A DNA stretch of 63,366 nt, counting the filler, from Nemertoderma westbladi (taxonomy: Eukaryota; Animalia; Xenacoelomorpha): the NCBI GenBank assembly GCA_032718475.1. It is 3 parts of 3 records of this genome, joined end to end, with 100 filler letters (N's around TTAATTAATTAA, not from the genome) between each part and the next. Parts side by side here need not be neighbours in the genome. Positions count along the whole stretch, not along the records: positions 27,692 to 41,907 come from JAUCBJ010008585.1; positions 42,008 to 63,366 come from JAUCBJ010000798.1; 1 more part is not named here. One strand, 5' to 3'. Of this stretch, positions 37,297 to 50,169 are shown one piece after another (the first letter of the stretch is position 1; each line of letters starts with the position of its first letter). The notes below the pieces were generated by a model. It was given only the letters and a program-made list of their open reading frames with translations. It was not told the DNA's origin and searched no databases. The translations under genes and the position numbers were made by a program.

Positions 37297-39016
37297 ATGT
37301 CTTATACAAACAGATTCCGAAGTGTTTCTGTTGAAAGACAGAATTATTTAATAGATAATAGAATTAGCAAAAATACCAAACTTGCTACGAGTTCTCCTAT
37401 AGCGATACTACAATCGTATCTGAAAGAAACTGGTAAAGGAGATCTTTCATCATTGAGCAATGACGATCTACCTAGTTTGCTCTTTGAATTTTATTCAAAT
37501 ATTCGAAAGGAAGATAATTCTTTTTACAAACTCACCACACTGAAAGCCATCCGTGCATCTTTAAATAGACATTTCAAAATCGAGCCAATATTGATATAGT
37601 TAGCGATAGTGAGTTTAGTCGAGCTAACCTGATGTTTACGGCGATGAGTGTAGAAACAAAAAAGCAAGGAAAGGCCGTTATAATGAATAAGAGGCAAATC
37701 ATTGAAGAAGATCTTATAAAGATAAAGGAATACTTCACAATAGATAAAACTCTTTGTGAACCTAAGAAGCTTCAGCAAAGTGTATTGTTCTATATACTAT
37801 ATTTCTTTTGTCGCAGGGGAAGAGAAAATCTCTATGGAATGACTAAAAGCACTTTTGCTATTCAAGTAGACCATTCCACTGGATTGCGCTATTTAGAACA
37901 AGCAGTGGATGAGCTTGATAAGAATCATGGCCCCAATGACACGGCTATTGCAAACGAAGGGCGGCTTTATGAAAACCCTGACGACGATCAATGCCCGCTG
38001 CACTCATATGAGTTGTATATGTATCAAAGCTAAGTTCTCAAAGTGCTTGTTTGTGGCAGAAGCCACGCCAGAAACCACAAGTGAGAGACAAAATGTGGTA
38101 TGAAGGAAGGATTGTTGGACGCAACACATTAGCTGGATTTATGACCAATCTCTGTGTTAACTTAGAGCTTAGTCAAAAATACACCAACCACTGCATTCGT
38201 GCCACCTGCATTACACATTTAGACCAGGCAGGATTTGAAGCGAGGCATATTTGCGCTTTGACCGCGCACAAGAACGAAGGAAGCATTCGGGCATATGCCC
38301 CTAAATGCTCTGAAATTAAAAAGAAAGAAATGTTTGACAGCTTGTCATCTGTCTTCTCAAAAAAACGTAGAATAGACAATATCGACAACTTTGCTCCTGA
38401 AATGGATATCCATGTCATTGCCAATGATGATGATGAATTGCTTGTCGCGGCTCTTGAAGAAGTAGAGAGTGTTGGACATTTAGGTGGAGGACAATTTCTC
38501 AATCCAGGTTTCAGGGCGTTCACTGGTGCTGGAGATCCTGGTATACAAGGTGTTGGAAGACAAGGATTCCGTGGTGTAGGAGGGTCAGCCTTCACAGGTG
38601 TTGGAGGTCCAGGATACCCAGGTGTTGGAAGTCAAAGATTTCGTGGTGTAGGAGGGTCAGCCTTCACAGGTGTTGGTCTAGGTGTACAGGGTGTTGGAGG
38701 TCCAGGATACCCAGGCGTTGGAAGTCAAAGATTTCGTGGTGTAGGAGGGTCAGCCTTCACAGGTGTTGGTCTAGGTGTACAGGGTGTTGGAGGTCCAGGA
38801 TACCCAGGTGTTGGAAGTCAAAGATTTCGTGGTGTAGGAGGGTCAGCCTTCACAGGTGTTGGTCTAGGTGTACAGGGTGATGGAGGTCCAGGATACCCAG
38901 GTGTTGGAGGCTCAGGGATAAACTTTGGTTTGATGAGGAATTATAATTACCCGTCTACATTTCCTCCACCTATTATAAATAACTCAAATGTCAATATAAA
39001 TTATTACAAAATATAG
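37297..39016 (+). pseudogene. Crypton/DUF3504-like tyrosine recombinase with two frameshifts and a Gly-rich tail
   Basis: YKLTTLKAIRASLNRH, FCRRGRENL (R), YTNHCIRAT (HxxR), LTAHKNEGSIRAY (H..Y); three consecutive ORFs in different frames. Confidence 0.88.
38510..38915 (+). repeat. Coding tandem repeat, 93-bp unit x3 built from ~24-bp subunits
   Basis: GGPGYPGVGSQRFRGVGGSAFTGVGLGVQGV repeated almost perfectly. Confidence 0.9.
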
Positions 39017-39571
39017 CTTGTATCGGTGTAATTTCATTAGGCGTTTTTCTTCGTAATAACATTAAAAATACTATAAAATGATACAGTATAATATGCTTAA
39101 CATACTATTTAACTGTGAAATAATAAATTAAATAACCATGTTGTATTGGAACTCATCCTAAAAATTGGCTTTAAACGCATACACTACGCTAGTAGTACTT
39201 CCAATATGCTCAAATTAACAATAAACACAATATTGCAATGTTCTAGAGTTAATATACGGAAATAAAAACCTTCAGCGAATAAAACTGTAATAATCACTTC
39301 TGCCTTATCCTTCAGCAAATTAACCTAATATAATAACCTCGGCCTACGGCCTCGGTAATTATACAGGTTAATTTGCTTCAGGAACGGCATCAGAGATTAT
39401 TCAGTTTTATTCGCTTCAGGTTATTATTTCCGTATATTAACTCTAGAACATTGCAATATTGTATGTATAATTAATTAGTACTGTATTAAAAAATATTTCA
39501 ATAACAAACATACCATATCATCGATTTCTACGGATGTTGTTGAAATTACTTCTTGCTCTATAACTACGGAG

Positions 39572-40010
39572 TTACACCATGACCCGTAATATAGTGTTAT
39601 TTTCTGATGACACGGACCCCACCCCCAAATTTTTCTGCAGATCTTTATCATATTGCTTGAAAGTTGAAACACAACGAGTTCAACTCACCATGGTTGTTAC
39701 CATGAAGCCGGAATTTTCTATTTCGCCTTTAAATTTTTTTTATAAGCGTTTTAAAAAAGTGTCTTTTGCGAAATTGCGCATCTCCTATCATCGTCATTCT
39801 TCACATTAACCTTGCTTTATAGATATTATTTAAAAGCTTCCGTTCCAAGTATTCCAAATATGTAACAATGTTTAAATTTCGTTGAGAAACAGCTGTGAGA
39901 TATAGGCGTTCAAAGATGCAAGAATTATTGTTCGCTGAAGGCCAATTATTATATTTATAAATTCACAATATTCTGGAACAATTTGTTTATGTATGATTAG
40001 CTACGCAATA
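39572..40010. mobile_element. Diverged left arm of the CACCAT-type MITE family
   Basis: ta|CACCATGACCCGTAATATAGTG..; collinear with 17178-17620 at lower identity. Confidence 0.65.
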
Positions 40011-40425
40011 CACCATGTCCCAGAATATAGTGTCGTAATTCAGTGACACCCCCCCCCCCCCCCCCTAATTTTTCTACAAATCTTAATGAGATTGCATGAA
40101 ATTTGAAACAGAAATAGTTTCACCTCCCGACCACTGACTGGGTGAGCCAGAATTTTTATTTTTGCTTTCAATCTTTAGCTACAAGCGTTTAAAAAAAGTG
40201 TCTCCAGCGATATTACACCAGTTACACCGCAGTTATTCTTCTACCTTATAGCTGTTTGTTGGTACCAATCGAAAGCTGACCCTGCAAGGATTCCAAATAT
40301 GTAACACAATTTGAATTTCGTTGAAAAATAGCTGAGATATGGGCGTTCAAATTTTGCATGGTTATGCACCGGCGCGAGGCTATTTTATTATATTTAATAA
40401 ATACATCATAATCTGGAATATTAGC
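40011..40425. mobile_element. Young arm of the same MITE family (other end not seen before the gap)
   Basis: ta|CACCATGTCCCAGAATATAGTGTCG..; nearly identical to the arms of 17178-18082. Confidence 0.85.
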
Positions 40426-41907
40426 CATATTACCACCCTTAATTCTTTTATAAAAGATAGAACAAGTAGTGTTACAAATTAAACGAAACAACAGTAATTT
40501 AGTAATTACAGCAATTCCAATTTTTTACTCTTTAACTCCTGATGCTGTCTTTCTCAATGTTAAATAATTTAATGTTTTGAAATATTTATTAATTTAAGTA
40601 GAGGGCAGCTCAACTACAAACCAATATATTTGATATTAATTGAGTTCTGTTTTGGAATACGCCCCATGGACACCAGTGACACTTTTGAGTGTGTGCATTA
40701 ATTTTGCTCAAATTACGTGAAACCTTTTCGACTTCGAAGCTCTTTCAGCATTACAATTCTCAAAAGTTATATAAGCATTTCCAAAACTTGTATTAAAAGC
40801 TGCATAAAAATCCAAAAGTTATCTAAAAATTCGTTACAAGTTACAAATAAAAAATTTGTTAAATGTTCAATAATTACAGTATTTAGTTGGGAAATATTCT
40901 TTAGGAATTTTTATATAACTTTTACAAATTTTTATACAACTTTTGTTAACGAATAAATGGTGCTTTAGAGTTAGACATGAATACCAAACTAGAACACACA
41001 GAAAAATAATCAAAATAATCACCAAGACAGAGACCTATTTTCGCACTGCTTTTTTTCCGCCGTGTTTTAAGTCTTTTTTTAGTGCGTTGTTTTTTCAAAA
41101 TGTTAAATGATACTTAAAAAGAAAACATTTTGAAAGAAAAGTTGAAAAATTGCACTAAAAAGGCGAGGAAAAGAAAGTCTAAAAAACACCGAGTGAATAA
41201 AAACGCTGAAATATAACCGGGAAAATCATCACTTTTTTTCTTTCAGTCAATGTGCTCACTTTCTCTATTGTTGGATTCTTTCAGTCAATGTGCTCACTTT
41301 CTCTATTGTTGGATCGCGAATAAAAAGATGGGAAGAAATATTAACCTTTTACGAACGACATCATTGAAACTATTAATGATCTATGAACTATAATTGAAAA
41401 TCCGTGGTTCGATACTTCGAGTTAACGATACTAATTTGTCTCGAAAACACGAACGTGTGTTTGCTGTTTGGTGTTGAAAAGAAATTTGCATCAGTTTTTG
41501 TGGCCTAATAATTATAAATCTAATTTAGATTCACAACAATTGGCATGATATTATGTGCTCTATAACGTGGTATCGAAGGCTCCTGATAGTCACCAAATGT
41601 TAAGCAACGAAAAATGTTATCAATAAATGATTGGATGAGTGAGTACTATATGCGAAAATTATTATTATTGGCCCAAAAGTCATACAAAATTAATATTATT
41701 AGGCTATAATGTACCCCACTTATTAGCTATACTAGAAGTATCTCACTAATACATTAAAATGTATTTCTTTGCAGTTTTCTTATCCCCCCAGAAAAACTCT
41801 CTCCATTCCATTCCTACCCAACTTCCCCTTAATTCTGCTGTTGTTTTATTTCCAATGTTGCCAAACTATTTCTACCGTATTTGCCTTTAATGTCACTGTA
41901 ACCCTTG

Positions 41908-42007
41908 NNNNNNNNNNNNNNNNNNNNNNNNNNNNNNNNNNNNNNNNNNNNTTAATTAATTAANNNNNNNNNNNNNNNNNNNNNNNNNNNNNNNNNNNNN
42001 NNNNNNN
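41908..42007. other. Assembly gap with TTAATTAATTAA spacer
   Basis: 100-bp N run. Confidence 0.95.
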
Positions 42008-42711
42008 AAACGTCTACTGATAAAAGATTTAGAGCAGTACCAATTCCTACTTCATGAGGTAACTTCAAATCAATTTAGATTTCAAAAATGTAGTAAAAGA
42101 AACTTGATTTCCTAGATTTATCTTATGATATCTATTATTGTATGTGTTAACTTTTTTTTATTATTCTGAATTATGCTATTCTGTGTTTTTTGTGTTATAT
42201 TTTTCATTATTACATTTATATAAATTTACAATAACTATTGATAAAAGTGGAATCATATATGTTTGTATATAAATATCTTTGTTTTATTATGGACAAGTTA
42301 TCTTCTCTATATTGAGCTCATTTTCTCTTATTTAGTTTGCATCAATCAATTTTTGAAAACATTAAGGGTCTCGGACTACTACTAAACATTATTTATTTTG
42401 TATTGATGTTGTAATGTCCCTTGTTTATGTGGTAACCAATGACGGCGAGCTGTAAAGTTACGGCGTCATTAGTTACCGCATAAACAATAGGTGGCATTTA
42501 TAATTAATTGCCTGCCAGTCAGATAGGCCTACTGCTTTACCTACAAGTAGCTATTCATAACCAATAGCTATAAACTAATAACATGGATCCAAACGCCACC
42601 ATAAATACAGCCTAACTTTTTTATAATATAATTTATGTCATTTTTACATTTATTTATACAGCAACTAATTTAATTTGCTCATTTTCTATCACTTATAATA
42701 TATATATACAA

Positions 42712-45700
42712 TAGGGTGGGTCGAAAATATAAAATTTTGTATTTATCAAAGTCCTGTATGCTCAAAAGACGGACAGAAGTGTGCGAAACATTATTCCGAA
42801 AAAAAAATTTTAAATTTCCATGACCTTCCCATGCCCCAGCCATGTCAAATTTTGCCAAATTTTCAAAAAATTTGCCAAAAATCGCGATTAATATTTTTTC
42901 AATTAAATGATACTTTTCGTTTAACTTTGTAAACCAGAATGTTTTTCTGATTAATTTAACCCCACTGATTCCAAATCTGCTTTACTTTCTCCATAGCACG
43001 CCACAATTGCAAGGCCGCTCCATGCAACAGCCATGTCAAAATTTGCCAAATTTTCACAAATTTTGCCAAAAATTGTGATTAATATATTTTCATTTAAATG
43101 ATACATTTCGTTTAACTTTGTAAACCAGAATGTTTTTCTGATTAATTTAACCCCACTGATTGCAAATCTGGTTTACTTTTTGCACAGCACATCGCAATTG
43201 AAAGGACCAACCCATGCAATAACAATCAGACAAAGTATGCCACAATTTAACAGAGATCACACTTCTTTATTGTGTATAAACAGAAAGCAAAAAGAAAATG
43301 TCGGGAAGCAGGACTGAACTCTTGACTTTCCTGAGCGTATCCTGGTGGTAAATGCTCTGAGCCATTGGGACACATGACCAGCTGAACAAATTACATTGTA
43401 TTGGCTTAGTTGTAACAAGTTGTGTATCACCTTTGTGTCCTTGAGAAGTCGTGATGGCATGCTTGGTTGCTTGGAAACAACTAACAAACAAAAATTATAT
43501 TGTTATTTCCTCTGATTGTCTGTCTGGCAGTCATCCATGATTTTGACTTTATACTAAATAATAACAGTAATGTATCGAGTCTGTCTTATTATATGATGTA
43601 GGGTGTAGGCCTACAGTACAAACAAACAAATAGGAATTGCATAGAAATCAATATTGTGTGAAAATGAGCCATTTAAAGCCAACAACAAGATCGGATTGGG
43701 TTTGTCCACTTTTTGATCAACCTTGTGGAATTACAAAGACCGCTCTTCCAACTTGGGCACAGATGTTCAAGCATTTACTATATATATCTGAATGTAAAAA
43801 GGTACAATATAACCAAAAATTACAAATCAGTCCTGTAATCAAAGAGGTTGCAATGGATATTAAAGCAGTGTGGGATACTGCTTCATTACCAACTATATCT
43901 CAACAGCAAATTGTTTCCAAGATAACAACCTTCCATAAAGAATATCGAAACATATTGAAACCATACAAGCAAAGAAAGGATAACCCTACTTATATAGAGA
44001 AACTTAGTAATTTTAAACTTAAAGCTGACAAACTATTTGATCTGTCAAGCTGCAAGTGCGACTTGGACACTCATAGATGTAGCTGCAGATTTAAGATTCC
44101 TCCTAGAGAACTTGATTTCCTTCTTGATCAAAGACAATCTAGACAGATGATGATAATGGGCATAGATAAGGCCATTACAGCTGCTAATGAAAAACGACAA
44201 AAGAGAAAAGCTCATGAAATTGACATAATGTCGTCGACACATAGCTCTGAATCTGATAATATAGCAGATATAGTAATACAATCATCGTCGTCTAGCTCCG
44301 ATATACCACACATCGATTCTGTAGATCAACCAACTGTTAATAAAAAATCAAAACAAATGCGTTTGCCTTTGCCATCTGTTGCAATGGAGTGTGATAGAAT
44401 GGGAATTTCTGATCGCGGAGCAGCACAAATTATTAATGCAGCATTTAGTGATGTTGGGATTATTACTCCAGATGATGATAGATCATTAATAATTGATAAA
44501 AGCAAATTACGAAGGGAGCGAGACAAACAGCGTTTGAACTTACGAGATGAACACTTGAGATCGAACGATTCAATTCCCTGGGTTGGTCTATATTTCGATG
44601 GGCGCAAGGATAAAAGCATCAATAGCATATTATATCATGGAAAGCGATATCCAACAACTGTAAAGGAGGAACATATAACTTTAGTTAAAGAACCCGGTTC
44701 TGAGTTTGGAGGACATGTTTCAACATTGTCTGGATGTGCTAGTGGAATAACTGATGCAATCTGTAAATATTTCAATGATAACAACATCTCTATGAGTGAC
44801 ATATTAGCTGTGGGTTGCGATGGTACAACTACAAACACAGGACATAAGGGTGTAGTGATTGCAATTCTTGAGAGATATCTAAAGCGACCACTACAGCATC
44901 TTGTTTGTTTACTGCACTGCAACGAACTTCCCCTGAGGCATTTATTTGTGTACCTGGATGGTACAACAATCTGGTCCAAATGCATTTTCTGGCCCAATTG
45001 GAAAATCTTTGGCAAATTGTCACCAATTACCAATTGTTCCTTTTAAAGCAATAGAATGTCCTGCACTACCAGCTATGGATGGTATTAAGCTAAGTCGAGA
45101 TCAGCAATATCTGTATGACATCTTCAAGACTGTTTCATCTGGTGTTTGGGGAGATGATATTGCTCTTCGCACCCCTGGAGCATTATGTCATTCAAGGTGG
45201 CTCACAACAGCAAACAGGATTATTCGTTTGTACATTGCTTCGCCTCAACCAGGGGAATCATTAACAACTCTTGCTAACTTTGTTGTTAAAGTATATGCTC
45301 CTAGCTGGTTTCGCATAAAGTCTAGACCATTCGCCAGTGAAGGGCCAATCCATTTATGGAACATTGCAAAGGATTCCGAATACTTAGACAGTGAGCTTCG
45401 AAGCATAGTAGGCAAAGTTATACAAACAAATGGTTTTTTTGCCCACCCAGAAAACTTGCTGCTGGCTATGATCTCGGATTCTCGTCCACATATACAGAAG
45501 TTGGCTTGGAGGAGGATACGTAATGCACGCTCCCAGCGTAGACCAAGGGGAGTCCGTGATTTTATTATTCCACAAATTAACCTTCATGCCCGAGACTATA
45601 CAGATCTCATTGATTGGTCGAAGTTGCCCCAAAGTCTTGAACCTCCTCTAACAATGACGTTGTCTGACATTGAGGTTAATCACTATTCATACGAACCACA

Positions 45701-46572
45701 ACGTATTGGGTATCTCGCTGGAGAAAGAATGCCATGCCACACTCAAGGAGTTGAACGCCTCGTAAAAGCAGTTACTGGCGCATCATCATCTGTTAGCGGT
45801 GAGAATCGTAGGGATGGTTACATACGGGCTGGTATTCGATCCCGCTCCCTGTTTCCATCTTTTGAAAACAAAGCACAGTTCAATTTCAACAGATATTTCC
45901 AACTAACATTACACCTAATAAGTTCTGTTTGTTAAATTATTTCTTAACAGTTGTTACATTGTCATGTTATTAGTTACTCAAGCTAAATTAATCATTCAAT
46001 TAGTTCTAGAACTTTGTTTTGTTACTAAATAAATCATCAATCTTGCACCCAATTTAAATCAGTGCTTTAAATTAATCAGAAAATTATTGTGAAAAAATTG
46101 TGGCGTGCTATGGAGAAAGTAAAGCAGATTTGGAATCAGTGGGGTTAAATTAATTAGAAAAACATTCTGGTTTACAAAGTTAAACTAAATGTATCATTTA
46201 AATGAAAATATATTAATCGCAATTTTTGGCAAAAGTTGGAAAATTTTGACATGGCTGTTGCAAGGAGCGGCCTTGAAATTGTGGCGTGCTATGGAGAAAG
46301 TAAAGCAGATTTGGAATCAGTGGGGTTAAATTAATCAGAAAAACATTCTGGTTTACAAAGTTAAACGAAATGTACCATTTAAATGAAAATATGTTAATAG
46401 CGATTTTTGGCAAAATTTTCGAAAATTTGGCAAAATTTGACATGGCTGGGGCATGGGAAGGTCATGGAAATTTTAATTTTTTTTTCGGAATAATGTTTCG
46501 CACACTTCTGTCCGTCTTTTGCGCATACAGGACTTTGATAAATACAAAATTTTATATTTTCGACCCACCCTA
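42712..46572 (+). mobile_element. hAT-superfamily (hATm-like) DNA transposon, full length
   Basis: TIR TAGGGTGGGTCGAAAATATAAAATTTTG.. extends >400 bp with ~190-bp internal repeats; 8-bp TSD ATATACAA at 42704-42711 and 46573-46580. Confidence 0.93.
43664..45935 (+). pseudogene. hATm-like transposase with one frameshift near 44968
   Basis: LYFDGRKD, GCDGTTTNTG, VCLLHCNELPLRHLF, CHSRWLTTANR, PCHTQGVERLVK. Confidence 0.9.
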
Positions 46573-46631
46573 ATATACAATCAGTACGTAATATTTTTGG
46601 ATTAAAACAATTTTAATAATAATAATTATAA

Positions 46632-49600
46632 TAATACTACTACTAGGATTGGCATGCTGCATTGCAGCTGCATTTTTAAGAATGCTGTGCTGGCTTGTCG
46701 ACAAAATTGCGCCACCACAACTCCCTATCACCCATGACATTTGCTAGATCATCCGCAGCATCAAGGCCAGTGTCCTTTAAGATGCGTCTCAAGAAAGTCA
46801 TGGGCTGTCCACCATGCGTATTCACTCCATGAGGCTGCCAAAGTACAAGATTATGCACTGGCTGGTCCTCATGGTGAAAGCAATGTCCTGCAAAGTGGAG
46901 GCGATTTTGTTGTAGTGTCAAGCTTGGGGGAACCAATGAGACACCTCCAATGTTATATAGTGTCTGGTTGGAGATGTGTGCATTGTACTTGACACAATGA
47001 ACCCGGCGTAGCATTCTTGTGAAAGTGCCATCCAGAGATTTGGTGTCCGGATCCATGATCCCAGGTAACAGAAGTCGTCCACATGCTCAATTGCTCAAGC
47101 GTACCATCCTTTGAGCTTATGCTCATCCGATCAGAGACTTGCTGAGGACTTTCAAAGTTAACTGTCAAAATTTTGGTCTTTCTGGAGTTAATAAAATTAA
47201 TAAAAAGACCAACACTAAATAAAAGCAGCATGTTCTAATGAGCTGAGGAGCCATTGGGCTCCCTTTAGTGATTCTGAGAGTACTCCTAAGTCATCAGCAA
47301 TGTCTAGATCAATTAGGTACTTGGCAGGTTTTCCTCGACTTCTGGAGCCAGTAGGTGGAGTTATCATCACCCCATCATCATTATGATGATCTATGGACAT
47401 GCGTAGAACATAGTCAAACACAATTATGAACAAGAATGGTGCAAGTGTGTCTCCCGGGAGGACGTCCCATAACACTTCAAATGGTTCTGTGTCACCGTCA
47501 ACAGTAGACACAAATGTTGTCGAACCATCGTATACTGATCTGATTGCTGCAATAATTTCATCAGGAATCCCATATAATGAAAGTATGCTGAACATACGTG
47601 AGCAAGAGACTGAATCAAAGTCCTTGAAGAATATCTTCAACAAAGATAACAGCCAGATGCCTGTCTTTCTTTTTTGATAACTCTTCAATTATCCTTCTAA
47701 GTGCCAAAATGGGCTCCCATTCTGATTTCCACGGAGCAGTCTCTCAATGGGATCTCTGATGCGATTTAATAGAATTCTATTGTATAGCTTTGCAGCAATC
47801 GAGATCAATGAGATTCACCGAAAAGAACCATAGAGTGTTAGGTTGCCCTTCTTGGGAACTGGCACCAACTTATTTGTTTTCATTTCTTGTGGGACTTTTG
47901 TTGTTTGTGTACATGTCTACTATGTTGGGATAGATGAGCTTTAAACACTCAGGTATTTTAAAGACCTCAGGGGGAACACCATCTACTCCACTGGCACGAT
48001 TGGCAGCAATTTCCTTACCGTCCCGCAGACCAGATCGCGGGAACCGGACATGGTAAGTTCGACTGGAAGCCAGGAGAACGTTATTAGGAGTATAGGAGGA
48101 CACATGGCCCAGATTACTCGGAACCTCGGAGAAGGTTTTCGCATTTTACGCGAGTTAACCGCCCCGATGTCGAGATACGAGTTCTACACCTTACAAGTAA
48201 GGATAGAAAGTAGGGTACATGCCTCCGTAGATAAACTTAAAGGTTTACACGAACTTGCAGAGTTGCGTGGCGACAACTTTACTCAGGTAAAGATAATAGA
48301 TAAGTTGGTAAGTGCGAGAGAAAGCCTTATCCAGTTTAAGTCGGTGATAAGATTGGCTCAACAGGAGCAGTTCGACCAACTGCTAGGTGAGTCAGTTTCG
48401 GACGCGTTGTTACAACCCGAAGAGGAAGAAAAACTCTACTGCCTGGACGGGAGGTTAGAGACGCTCACCAATTTTCTTCATAGATGCGGCGTAACGATCG
48501 AAGAACCGGAAGTCGAACCGCGAGGGACGACGGAAGTTCTCACTACGGAAGGCTCGCGAGCCTACCAGCATCCACCTCTGGATAGATCGTTCGTTAGCAT
48601 GCGGAGCGACGTTGGCGACGTTAGTAGGACAGCGTCTGTAATTACTCGACAACAACAGGAGGTTGCACGCCGACAACAAGTCGTCGAGGAAGAAGCGCAA
48701 CAGAGGATGGCACAGATCGCCATCGAGGGAGAGAAACAACATAGAGAGGATGAGACGAGAATTGCGCAACTCAAGGCGCAAGCCGAATTAGAATCCTCAG
48801 AGATGAGGAGACTAGAAGAAGACTTAGAGCAAGAAGCAGCCGCAGCGGCGGCAGCCGACGAATTAGCACCAAGTTGGAGGCGCGACAAATAGCCACTCGT
48901 TTAGCTATACAGGAAGCGGAGTTAGCGGCACAACAACAAGTAGCGGATCGATGCGAAAGGGAGATGCAATTACAGTTCGAGTTGAATCGTAGATCTCGCG
49001 AGGCAGCGAACGCGCCTCGCGAGCTTTTACTTCACTAACTTACTTTTACACTTTTACTTCTCTAAAGTTATCAGGCAATACCCTGTCATTATTGAGGAGC
49101 TTTTCAAAGTGGGCCTTCCAACCATTGAGGCGAACAGCTCGTGATTCAGCCTTAACCTTGGTTGTTGGTTGGCTTTTCTGCCCAGTAAGCAAGTTGATCG
49201 ATTTCCATGCCTGTGATGATTGCCTGCTGTCGTCAGCATCATTGATGGCATCAACCTGTTGGTTTATTAGCTCCTGTAGATTAACAGAGTACTGCCTGTT
49301 CAGGGACCTAGATGCAGCCTTAAATGCATTCTTGGCCGCTGTAGTCTGTTTGAGTCCGGACTCTTTCTGCGCCTTGTAGAGGTCATTTCGGCACTTCTGA
49401 ATTTTGTTGTCAGTCCAGGTAATACAGGAACTGTTTCTGCAGCTGCTAACTTAACTGCTTCTGTGAAGGCAGTATAGCCCTCACAGTGATCTGCCGCCTC
49501 AGAGGCAAGAACCTCATACCTGTTGCTCGCTGGAGTGTGAAGCTGGATTTCACACTTGCAACAGAGAGGACCAGTCATGCCGCGGCAAGGCAGATTTTGT

Positions 49601-49668
49601 TGTTCTGCTAGCACGCAGACTAAGTCTTACACCTTGCCCACAATAAGGTGGTGATCACTGGAGAAGGC
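46632..49668 (-). mobile_element. RTE-like LINE copy with deletions and a foreign insert
   Basis: Reverse complement matches 55130-59370; (TAG)n tail at ~46632-46645. Confidence 0.9.
48004..49047 (+). mobile_element. GC-rich coiled-coil ORF fragment, possibly a BEL/Pao-type gag N-terminus, embedded in the RTE
   Basis: 280-aa E/Q/R/A-rich ORF that stays coding-like after its TAG; CpG-rich; no LTR or TSD seen. Confidence 0.45.
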
Positions 49669-50169
49669 ATAATAATAATAATAATGTTTGGTTGGACATG
49701 TGTGCATTGTACTTGACACAGGGTTAATTATACTTATGAGTTAAAGATGCTCATGGCTTAAGAATACCCGTTGGATATTTATTCCAACCCTTGTAGCAAA
49801 CCTACTTCCAATTTTATGCAACTTTGCCACAGCTGTAATATGATGCATTTAATGTAGAAACACACACATAGATAAAGTGCATACTGTAGGGAATGTACTA
49901 CATGTTCTGTCACCTATGACAAACTATTGCATTGCAAGGGTGGTTTTACGAGCTCCTTTCTACCATGGCTAATAGAACTCATCACTGTAGGAGTAGGCAA
50001 TATCCTGCAACATATCAAATGAGTGTATGCATTATTATTAGCTATTCTGTTCTGTATTCTACTAGAACGGTATAATAAAAAGCATTTGTAATTTATTAGA
50101 TAAGGTAATAAAATTATGATTCAATGATTAATGATATTTCATATATTGAATTAAAGATACACATTCCGA

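Larger units (their letters stand above)
36460..39462 (+). mobile_element. Crypton-type tyrosine-recombinase element bracketed by hairpins; boundaries inferred
   Basis: YR ORF inside; imperfect hairpin at ~36460-36560 (core CTCGCTACGCTCG) and long hairpin at 39227-39462 (core CCTCGGCCTACGGCCTCGG). Confidence 0.65.

Noticed and set aside
41239-41314. Short perfect tandem duplication (similar ones at ~19205-19260 and ~51841-51960)
   Set aside because: Ordinary local duplications with no further structure.
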